A DNA stretch of 64,000 bases, taken from contig CAMARR010000005.1 of NCBI GenBank assembly GCA_945860915.1, forward strand, positions 85,018 through 149,017, in the 5' to 3' direction. Position numbers and translations under genes: made by a program. The notes below the pieces were generated by a model. The model was not told where the DNA came from. It searched no databases and worked only from the letters and a program-made list of their open reading frames with translations. The stretch is from Candidatus Kuenenia stuttgartensis. GTDB lineage: Bacteria > Planctomycetota > GCA-002687715 > CAIWVZ01. Below are positions 51,825-59,653 of this stretch, in pieces. Within the stretch, counting starts at the first letter, position 1. Every line of letters starts with the position of its first letter.

Positions 51825-52676
51825 TCAGTTGAGGGTGTTGGTTGCCTTGTCGCCAACCTGCACGGACTGGCCAGGAGCCACGACCGTGAGGGTGCCGGCA
51901 CAGGACGATTCGAACACCTGATCAACCTTGATACGACCGATGTACGTGTTGCCACGAACGATGTCGAGAACGTATCCACGGGAGACCTTCGCGTTCTTGC
52001 CCGCATTGACCTGAACGAGCTTCATGCCCATGTCAACGTTGAGGACCGAGGCGTTGACCGGCTCCATCAAGATTCCGCCCTTAAGGTCGAAGCCTTGCTT
52101 TTGCGCGATCTCGATGAGAAGGCCCTGCTGATGCATTTTGTCATCAGCCGACTTCGCCATCTTTTCCATGTCCGCGATTTTGTTGTCGCGAGCCACGACG
52201 TCCGTGTGCTCTTTCTCGAACTTCGAGTTGGCCTCGCGCTCCTTCTGTTGAGCTTCGGCGGTCTCGGCGCGGAGCTTCGTGTTCTCGTCCACCTTCGCTT
52301 GGAGCCCGTCTTGCGTGCGCTTCAAGTTCTCGGTGACCGAGGCCACGTTCTTCTGCGCTTGGTCGAGCTGAGCATCCTTGGCCTTCTTGTCCGCTTCAGC
52401 GGCTTCGACCTGAGTCTTCAGCTGCTGGTTGGCGGCAGTGGCTTTGGCCTCTGCGTCACGCGCGGCGTTAAGGAGTGATTCCTTTTCGCCAAGTGCCTTG
52501 TCCTTCTCCGCGAGGGTGGCCTCGTGTCGAGTGACTAATGCCTTCAGCTCCTTAGCCTTGTTCTCGTGCTTGCCCTTCCAGTCGTTGTTTAGACCGAGGA
52601 AGGTGGCAGCCGTGAAGAGGAAGCCCGCTGCGAGCAGCAGGTTGAGTACGACAAAGATGCGGGCGATCTGGCTCAT
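51825..52676 (-). CDS. Membrane-anchored coiled-coil protein with C-terminal beta-rich domain (hypothetical)
   Basis: 283 aa. N-terminal TM (IFVVLNLLLAAGFLFTAATFL), ~170 aa of heptad-like K/E/A/Q-rich sequence, then ...VNASVLNVDMGMKLVQVNAGKNAKVSRGYVLDIVRGNTYIGRIKV...GQSVQVGDKAT. Confidence 0.8.
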   Translation of the reverse strand: MSQIARIFVVLNLLLAAGFLFTAATFLGLNNDWKGKHENKAKELKALVTRHEATLAEKDKALGEKESLLNAARDAEAKATAANQQLKTQVEAAEADKKAKDAQLDQAQKNVASVTENLKRTQDGLQAKVDENTKLRAETAEAQQKEREANSKFEKEHTDVVARDNKIADMEKMAKSADDKMHQQGLLIEIAQKQGFDLKGGILMEPVNASVLNVDMGMKLVQVNAGKNAKVSRGYVLDIVRGNTYIGRIKVDQVFESSCAGTLTVVAPGQSVQVGDKATNTLN

Positions 52677-52761
52677 TTATGTCTCCTGGACGAGATTCTC
52701 GACCTGTCACGGATCCCTTCGCGACATCGAGTCGATCGAGAACTCCGACTCCGGGGCGTGG

Positions 52762-52789
52762 ATTGTAGGTGGGGGGAAATGGTTGTCAA
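52762..52789 (-). promoter_or_regulatory. Near-consensus sigma70-type promoter for the coiled-coil/small-ORF unit
   Basis: Minus strand: TTGACA (52789-52784), 16-nt spacer containing a C6 run, TACAAT (52767-52762). About 85 nt upstream of the ATG at 52676. Confidence 0.55.
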
Positions 52790-52818
52790 CCGGCTACCCA
52801 GATTGAGGTTCTGCGTGG

Positions 52819-54450
52819 TCATCGACGACGGATACAAAGCAGCAGCGCCAAGCCGCCAAGAATGGCCCAAGGCCAATCCCCGAATCTTACGAAAGGCGTG
52901 ATTTCCCGAGAAATCGGAAGCCGTTCCGCGAAGCCGCCGGCGACCTCCTTGCGGGCTCCGGCCCCATCTTCGACCACCGCAAGGCGACGGCCGTCGGGTC
53001 CAAAAATCGTCGAAATTCCTGAATTTGAAACACGGATCACGGTTCGACTGCACTCGACCGCGCGGAATTGGGTCGCAACATCCATTAGGTCCAGCTCTTC
53101 GGAATCGAAGAACCAAGCATCGTTCGAGATGTTCACGACGAAATCGGCACCCGCCACCACGCTTTCTCGGAAAAAGCGGGGAAAAATGGCCTCGAAGCAG
53201 ATCGAAAGCGCCCCGCGCCGCTCACCCCCCGGGGATCGCACGTTAAAGAGCCCCATCGCCGTCCCGGGCTCCAGATCCGGGACATACCCACCTACCTCTG
53301 CGATCCACCGGGTCACCGTTTCCTTGCCCGGGAAACCCGCTGGCCATGGGACATACTCACCAAACGGACAGAGGATTCGCTTTCCGTACCGAACGTCGTG
53401 TGTTGTAGGCACCCCGCCATTAAGGACCCACGCAACGTTCTCGGAGAGATAGCCGTCGTGGTCTTCATCCCGAGCTTCTGCCTCAACATCGCCTTTCACA
53501 ATCGCTTTTCCGACCGTGACACCTAAGACTGTGACTTGCCCAGGTCCCCGTAACACCGAGTCCCGGAAATGAACGACCGTATCGCCGGTTCTCGAGAATG
53601 CGGAGGGTCGGTCTAGGATGTACTCCAACGTGCGCTCGCTCGGTTCGCGAACTCCGGGAAAACAGGTCTCCGGCAGCACGAGCAGATCGGGGGCAGGGTC
53701 CAAGAATCGTTCAAGGATGCCCGCTTGGACTACCGCCTGACGCCCCGGCCCTTCGCGCAAGCGTTCCGCCTGGGGCACGTTTGGCTGAACCGCTACCGCG
53801 AGCGGCCCCGCGAGATCAACTTCCGGGCGCCACAACGTTCCTACCGCAAGGCCAACTCCAAGACAGATAAGAGAGGCATACACCCCGCGACGGGCCCGCG
53901 ATTGATGCTCGCGGTCACGACGACGGACAAAGGCGTACGAGACGGCGGCGGCGAGCGAGAGCATCAGCCATGAAATCAGATGCACTCTTCCGATCGCCGC
54001 GAGTCGCATCAAAGAGGCGATGCTTGCCTGTGTGTACCCTGGATTCGCCCACGAAAGTCCGATCAACAGGTCGCGAAGGACCGCGCATGAAGTCACCACC
54101 GTCGGGTAGAGAAACCAAGGCGCGACTCCCCTCGCGCGTCCGATGTCAAGCCAGCGACCCGTCAACCAAGCCGTAGGCATTCCAAGAAGCGGAACAAGGA
54201 AAATGAGCGGCGGCGCGAGCGTGCGGAGCCAGGCGAGCGTACTCGCCACGATGAGAAACTCGCCAAGCATCCAGATGCGGCCTGAACGTGGATCTCCCGC
54301 GACGCGCGGATCCATGTGCCTGATCATCCACGGCAGCGGCGCGATCCACGCGAGCGGCCATGCGTTGATGGGATGGAAGGCAGCGGCGAGCAAAGCCCAC
54401 GAAGCGACCATCGCGACCGCATCCCCCCGGTGCCGCGTCTTCATCATCAT
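52819..54450 (-). CDS. lnt: Apolipoprotein N-acyltransferase
   Basis: 543 aa. Polytopic N-terminal half, then a CN-hydrolase domain (...LLVLPETCFPG..., ...SICFEAIFPRF..., ...VNISNDAWF...). Confidence 0.9.
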   Translation of the reverse strand: MMMKTRHRGDAVAMVASWALLAAAFHPINAWPLAWIAPLPWMIRHMDPRVAGDPRSGRIWMLGEFLIVASTLAWLRTLAPPLIFLVPLLGMPTAWLTGRWLDIGRARGVAPWFLYPTVVTSCAVLRDLLIGLSWANPGYTQASIASLMRLAAIGRVHLISWLMLSLAAAVSYAFVRRRDREHQSRARRGVYASLICLGVGLAVGTLWRPEVDLAGPLAVAVQPNVPQAERLREGPGRQAVVQAGILERFLDPAPDLLVLPETCFPGVREPSERTLEYILDRPSAFSRTGDTVVHFRDSVLRGPGQVTVLGVTVGKAIVKGDVEAEARDEDHDGYLSENVAWVLNGGVPTTHDVRYGKRILCPFGEYVPWPAGFPGKETVTRWIAEVGGYVPDLEPGTAMGLFNVRSPGGERRGALSICFEAIFPRFFRESVVAGADFVVNISNDAWFFDSEELDLMDVATQFRAVECSRTVIRVSNSGISTIFGPDGRRLAVVEDGAGARKEVAGGFAERLPISREITPFVRFGDWPWAILGGLALLLCIRRR

Positions 54451-55697
54451 GAATCCAAATTCGGGAGCGGAACGCGTCGTGGGAGCATGATGACATCGAC
54501 GACATCCCCATCCTGACCAACGGTCCCCATGGGGAGAACCGCGAGGGCGTTGGCCTGCGCCAACCCACGAAGATCACCCGATCCGTTCCATCGGACGGGC
54601 GAAACCGTTGCTCCATCGGCGCCCACGCGCAGCGTGGCGGGAACATGTTGTGTTCGGGGTATTGCCTTGATGGCCCGATCGACGCGCAGTCGCGCGCTGA
54701 TGGTCGCGCCAAGAGGCGCCAACGAACCTAGTCGTGCGAGCAGCCATGGCCGCACGAAGAGCTCCATCGTCACACAGGAAGAAACCGGGTTGCCCGGCAA
54801 TCCGAACACGGTGCACACGTGGCCGTCGGTCCGAACGACATCGCCAAACAGGAACGGCTTGCCCGGCTTGATGGAGACCTTTTCTATGGCCACGCGCAAT
54901 CCGCGCTCCTTAAGCAACACGCCGACGAGGTCGAGGTCTCCCATCGACACACCGCCGGACAACACCAGAACGTCGTGATCGAGTCCCACATCGAAGAACG
55001 CGTTCAAACTGGCACGGTTGTCTCGCGCAATTCCGACCCGCGTGACGCGGAGTGAAGGCACGACCTCAAGTAATTGCGATTCGAGCAGCGTGCCGTTGCT
55101 TTCGTAGATGGCGCCCGGTTGCACAATCGCGTCACCCGGTGGCACAAGCTCATCTCCCGTCGGGACGACACATACCCTCGGCGCAGTGAACGACGGAACT
55201 GGGTCGCGCCCCAACATCGCCAAGAGTGCCAGCACTGGCGCGTCCATGATCGTTCCGCGCGCGACCACGACGTCTCCCTTGCGAAAGTCCTCACCGCGTC
55301 GGGCAACGTTCTGCCATGGCTTCACAGCGCGCCGCAGTTCGACATGCGATCCGCCATGCATCATCGCTGTGTCTTCCACCGGCAAGACTGCGTCGGCCCC
55401 CGGCGGCAGCGGCGCGCCGGTCATGATCTTGGCCGCGGTACCGCGTTGGAGTGGCGCACCCTCCATCCCCGCGACAATACGCCCAGAGACCGGCAGTATC
55501 GTCGGCGACGCTACGTCGAGCGCGGCCACGGCGTATCCGTCCATCGTCGACTTGTCGAACGGCGGAAAATCGGACCCCGCCGAGACATCTGCAGCGAGCG
55601 CGCGCCCACGAGCATCAGAAAGCGGGACCTCTGAGGCCCTCCTCCCGGCGACACCATGCGCCAGAATAATGGCGATTGCCTCCTCTTTGGTCATCAT
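54447..55697 (-). CDS. moeA: Molybdopterin molybdenumtransferase MoeA
   Basis: 416 aa. ...FPPFDKSTMDGYAV..., ...GDELV.PG... and ...LSGGVSMGD.D... are MoeA/gephyrin-E blocks. Confidence 0.9.
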   Translation of the reverse strand: MMTKEEAIAIILAHGVAGRRASEVPLSDARGRALAADVSAGSDFPPFDKSTMDGYAVAALDVASPTILPVSGRIVAGMEGAPLQRGTAAKIMTGAPLPPGADAVLPVEDTAMMHGGSHVELRRAVKPWQNVARRGEDFRKGDVVVARGTIMDAPVLALLAMLGRDPVPSFTAPRVCVVPTGDELVPPGDAIVQPGAIYESNGTLLESQLLEVVPSLRVTRVGIARDNRASLNAFFDVGLDHDVLVLSGGVSMGDLDLVGVLLKERGLRVAIEKVSIKPGKPFLFGDVVRTDGHVCTVFGLPGNPVSSCVTMELFVRPWLLARLGSLAPLGATISARLRVDRAIKAIPRTQHVPATLRVGADGATVSPVRWNGSGDLRGLAQANALAVLPMGTVGQDGDVVDVIMLPRRVPLPNLDS

Positions 55698-55699
55698 GA

Positions 55700-57031
55700 C
55701 TAAAGAGGGACCGATCCGCGCTTCGCGTCAAGAACATCCATAAACGCCGAGACGCTGAAGACTGCATTGCCGATCCCAGGATCACCGTAGCCGGGCGGCG
55801 CCGCCAGACCGTGGCGTTCCAGAGCAGCCTTATAGAGGTCTAGAAGCCCTGCGTGATAAGCGAGCGGTGCCGGCGGGTTCGTCGCACCCAACTCCGAGAG
55901 TGGTTCCGGGCACCACGTCGTGAACCGGGGAATCACGCCGCGGGACATCATGTAATCAAGACCCTCGCCTGTAGACTTCAGTGCGTCCTCGATGCGGCTA
56001 AATCCAAATGGCTTCGACATCTCGACGCCACCCACGAAATTCGGAATGACCTTGCCTCGTCCGAAAACGTCCACCGAATCCAAAATCCTCCGAATCCACG
56101 TATCACGACCCACGTATCGCTCCTTGCCAGGGCAAATCAATTTGAACTTTTCTGCATCCCAGATCTCGTAGTTCGGATGGTAGATCCGAATGCCCGACGC
56201 GTGGATGCGCCGCACGGACTCCAACGGCAGCGCCTGCACGACCATCTTCCCGATCCACCGACCGGGAAACTCCGCCTCGATGGCCTCGGCGTAGCGCACA
56301 TAGAAGGAAGCCTCATCGAGTCCATCGAGCTCGGACGTGATGCTGCCGCCCGTCAACGTGTATGCCCGCGCTTGCGCGCCCGACGCGACAACCCGACGTA
56401 ACGCATCGAGCACGCGTTCGACCGGCTTGACCGGAAAGTAAGGCCGACCTGATGCCTTCTGTTGTCGGAAGTTCTCGTTGATATCGCAGAAGCGGCACTC
56501 TTCGTCGCGCCCGAAGTACTGGCACAGCCTGAATACCGTTAGGTAGAGCAGGTACCCCCACTCGATGGTCGGCGCCACTTCGATCACAGGCGTGCCATCG
56601 TTGGTCAGCTGGCCGTAGTACGGCGGTTTGGGAGCGAAGCCGACGTCGGCGATCGGCTCGCCACCATCGCATCGCAAAACCGCGCGTCCGTCGACGGCAT
56701 CAACCTTCCACGAGCTCGACGGATTCAGCCGGACCGAAACAATGACCCTCCGAAATCCCCAAGTGCCTCCCGTGAGGCTGATCTCCTCCGGCGCCGCATC
56801 GCGTTCAGCGCCTTCCATTTCCGCCAACGGCCGGTGGTCGAACGAGAAGATGAAATAGGACTTCTCCGCGTACTCGCGATGAACCGCCAGGGCTTCCGCC
56901 GAGAACCACACCCCCTGACGCAGGAGGTCTTCTTTTACGAGCGCCTCGACGGGTAACTCTGGATACCGAGCATGAAGCGCGTCAATCTCTGCGAGTGAAC
57001 CGGACCCATCGCGAGTAACGATCGAAGACAT
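55700..57031 (-). CDS. Radical-SAM-like Fe-S protein with atypical cysteine spacing (function unknown)
   Basis: Cys triad LCQYFGRDEECRFCD (C-x8-C-x2-C by my count), followed by ...AYTLTGGSI... (GGE-like) and TIM-barrel-like alternation. The start is uncertain: ATG at 57031 or GTG at 57136, and neither has a good SD. Confidence 0.6.
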   Translation of the reverse strand: MSSIVTRDGSGSLAEIDALHARYPELPVEALVKEDLLRQGVWFSAEALAVHREYAEKSYFIFSFDHRPLAEMEGAERDAAPEEISLTGGTWGFRRVIVSVRLNPSSSWKVDAVDGRAVLRCDGGEPIADVGFAPKPPYYGQLTNDGTPVIEVAPTIEWGYLLYLTVFRLCQYFGRDEECRFCDINENFRQQKASGRPYFPVKPVERVLDALRRVVASGAQARAYTLTGGSITSELDGLDEASFYVRYAEAIEAEFPGRWIGKMVVQALPLESVRRIHASGIRIYHPNYEIWDAEKFKLICPGKERYVGRDTWIRRILDSVDVFGRGKVIPNFVGGVEMSKPFGFSRIEDALKSTGEGLDYMMSRGVIPRFTTWCPEPLSELGATNPPAPLAYHAGLLDLYKAALERHGLAAPPGYGDPGIGNAVFSVSAFMDVLDAKRGSVPL

Positions 57032-57487
57032 ACGCCATGTTCGCAACGTCGGGGTACGCCGGGAAGCAGGAGCCAATCGGAAATTCGCATCTTGAACTTG
57101 CTCGAAACGACAAGACTCCGATCGTGCGAGAACCACGGCGTATTATGGGTCGCGACGCACTCGGGGCTCTTTGGCCTACGCAAACTTGCCTAATTGCCTA
57201 ATAAGGCAGCGCCCGTCGTAGGCGTTTGCTGGGCACGACAGAACGAAGCGCTGCGGCTTGATAAAGCCCGGACTACCCAAGTCGCCGGTTCGCATTTGCC
57301 TCCTCGCGTGAAGGCCGCATTGAGGGCTCGCGTGAAGCCCTAGGGTCGAAGGTTGGCTTAGTCTAGTGGGATTTCCCCATAAATCTCACAGCAATGGCGG
57401 TGGCCCAAACCTTGCCCCATAAATCGTTGGAGGACCGGGGCTTAGATGGGCGATTTGGCCGAATCGCCCGCGCATTCCGTCTTTTTT

Positions 57488-57517
57488 TTGCACATCGGAC
57501 GGTGCGTCCCTTATAAT
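57488..57517 (+). promoter_or_regulatory. Sigma70-like promoter of paralog 1
   Basis: TTGCAC (57488-57493), 18-nt spacer, TATAAT (57512-57517). A T8 tract abuts the -35. Same architecture upstream of copies 2 and 3. Confidence 0.55.
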
Positions 57518-57578
57518 CCCTGCGTGTGCTAGGGGTCCGCCGAACGCGTGGGCCTCACTAACCTCCAAGGAGTTCAAC

Positions 57579-59273
57579 ATGAAGTTCCGTTCACTCGCCG
57601 CGGCGTTTGCCGCCCTCGCTTCGCTTGCTGCTGCCCAAGGCTCCGTCTGCGGCACGCCGTTCACCACATTGGCATCGGGTGGAAACGGTCAATCCGGCGT
57701 GATGTTTGATATCGAGAACATCTCCGCGAATCCCATCACGATTTGTGGCATGGATGTCAACCTCGATATGAGTGCGGTTCCCCAGGCAATTGGCGTCTGG
57801 ACCGTTACTGCTGGCACGTCCCACGTGCCGGTTGCGACCACCGCTGCCTCGTGGACGCAGCAGGCGTTCGGAAGCACCTTGTCACTTGGAACCAATACCA
57901 CCGGCGTCAACAATCCATTCACGCCGATCCCTAGCGCGCTCTCCATTGTCATCGCGCCAGGGCAAAAGCTCGGATTTGCAGTAGGGTGCACGACGAATAC
58001 TTTCATCAACTACACCAGCGGGACCAATTTAGCGACCAGCGTAAACCAACCTCAATCGAACGACGGCGTCCTTCGGTGGTGGGCCGGCTACGGAAAGTCG
58101 AACGTCGCGGGCGTCGGTCCGTTCGGAACCAACTTTGGGTCGCTCACGACCGGCGGTCGGCTTGCAAACGTACGCGTCGGCTACTTCGGTGGTGTCACGA
58201 CGCCAAACTGGGAACTCAACGACGCTGCATCATCGATGGATCTCGATGGCGTCGCGACGCAGTTTGCATCGGCGATAGCGCCTTCGGTTCGTAATCAGTG
58301 CGTCAACAACACGACCAACGTGAACCTCGCCTCCACTAATGTTGGATTGGGTTACGAAGTCGTGTACGGACTTGCACCGTTGGTCGCAGCTGGAGCTGGC
58401 GCCATCGCATCGACAGGTGGTCAGCTCTTAAACGTTGACTTGACCGATCCAACCGTCACGTTCCTCCACGGACTCAGCTTGGCGGTTCCATTCGCCAACC
58501 AATCGATTCCTTTTGCCGCGCCCATCCCACTAGGCGTATCGGCACAGATGGCGAATATTGATCCGGCCAACCCGGACCTCATCGCACTCTCCGCTGCTGT
58601 GCGATTCCAGTCCAATCCGACATCCTCAACAATCACGTACGGCCCCTCTGGCCTTTCGGATGACGGTTTCTACAACCTCACGGCCGGGGCACTTCCAACG
58701 TCACCGACATGCCTGACCGCGATCCCTGCATTCAGCTTCTACGGGACCACCTTCACGGAATACTCCGTGGCAATGAACGGACGCATCATGATTGGTGCGA
58801 CGACGTTCGCGGGTGACTTCTCGGCAACGGTCGCTGAAGGGCTCTCGCAGACGCCATTCGCGGGATGCTGGACAGATATGAACCCTCTCGCAGGTGGCGC
58901 AACCGCTTCCGTCGCCGTGGACTGGACCTCGGGTACCAACCTGAATGTCGCCTACAACAACATCGTCTACTTCGGAACCACGTCACCTCAGTTCTCCTAC
59001 TCGATCAATCTTGACTCGGCGACCGGCGCAATCTGGATCAGTGGGATCAACAACCTCCCGGCAGGCACCGCCTCCATGTTTCTTGGCATGACTCGTGGCA
59101 ACACAGGTGCGACGGACCCGGGTGCGACTGCGTTCGCGGTTGGCAACGGATCTGCGGCCAATGCGAACGACATGCTCTACGCCTTCGGAACCAATGGTTC
59201 CTTAGCACCAGGCGTGGCGTCGATCGTCTTCACCCCCAACATGGGTGGCGGCTACGACTGGGTCGGCTTCTGA
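57579..59273 (+). CDS. Secreted Cys-containing, charge-poor protein, tandem paralog 1 (unrecognised family; NIDO-like C-terminal half)
   Basis: 564 aa. AAGGAG 6 nt upstream of the ATG. Signal peptide MKFRSLAAAFAALASLAAAQG. Rich in G/T/S/A/N with very few Lys. Ends ...IVFTPNMGGGYDWVGF*. Confidence 0.9.
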   Translation: MKFRSLAAAFAALASLAAAQGSVCGTPFTTLASGGNGQSGVMFDIENISANPITICGMDVNLDMSAVPQAIGVWTVTAGTSHVPVATTAASWTQQAFGSTLSLGTNTTGVNNPFTPIPSALSIVIAPGQKLGFAVGCTTNTFINYTSGTNLATSVNQPQSNDGVLRWWAGYGKSNVAGVGPFGTNFGSLTTGGRLANVRVGYFGGVTTPNWELNDAASSMDLDGVATQFASAIAPSVRNQCVNNTTNVNLASTNVGLGYEVVYGLAPLVAAGAGAIASTGGQLLNVDLTDPTVTFLHGLSLAVPFANQSIPFAAPIPLGVSAQMANIDPANPDLIALSAAVRFQSNPTSSTITYGPSGLSDDGFYNLTAGALPTSPTCLTAIPAFSFYGTTFTEYSVAMNGRIMIGATTFAGDFSATVAEGLSQTPFAGCWTDMNPLAGGATASVAVDWTSGTNLNVAYNNIVYFGTTSPQFSYSINLDSATGAIWISGINNLPAGTASMFLGMTRGNTGATDPGATAFAVGNGSAANANDMLYAFGTNGSLAPGVASIVFTPNMGGGYDWVGF

Positions 59274-59307
59274 TCGCCTAGTTCATTAGAGTCCATTTTC
59301 GGCTCTT

Positions 59308-59349
59308 GAAGGCGCCCTTCGACTTCTGTCGAGGGGCGTCTTCATTTCT
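59308..59349 (+). terminator. Hairpin terminator after paralog 1
   Basis: A 16-bp stem gaaggcgcccttcgac / gtcgaggggcgtcttc (two G-U pairs), loop ttct, then atttct. Homologous in position to the copy-2 terminator. Confidence 0.55.
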
Positions 59350-59562
59350 AATCCGCCTGTCCAACTGAGAACGCGCTCCGCGATCTGTCTCGTACATCAG
59401 CGCTCCGGGCGCACACGCCCCGGAAACCGCAAGAACATCGAAAAATCTTGCTTGAGTAGCACGACAGTGGCTTGCGTGACTTACCGGACCAAAGTCGTTA
59501 CCGGACAAGCTGTTAGCTAGGCAGATCGTTGGCGAGGGCTTGCGAACATTGGATTTGATTGT

Positions 59563-59592
59563 TTGCACAATTGCCAATGCGTCCCTTATGAT
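59563..59592 (+). promoter_or_regulatory. Sigma70-like promoter of paralog 2
   Basis: TTGCAC (59563-59568), 18-nt spacer, TATGAT (59587-59592). Lies within a block nearly identical to the copy-1 upstream region. Confidence 0.55.
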
Positions 59593-59653
59593 CCCTGCGT
59601 GTGCTAGGGGTCCGCCGAACGCGCGGGCCTCACTAACCTCCAAGGAGTTCAAC

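Noticed and set aside
59220-59273. The idea that the three paralogs are outer-membrane beta-barrels, because they end in an aromatic-x-x-Phe C-terminus.
   Set aside because: Only the terminal Phe and position -3 fit. The alternating hydrophobic pattern of the BAM beta-signal is broken (Asp/Asn at -5, Gly run before). The cysteine-rich N-terminal half and NIDO-like half look like soluble beta-domains. I kept it only as a weak alternative in the relevant finding.
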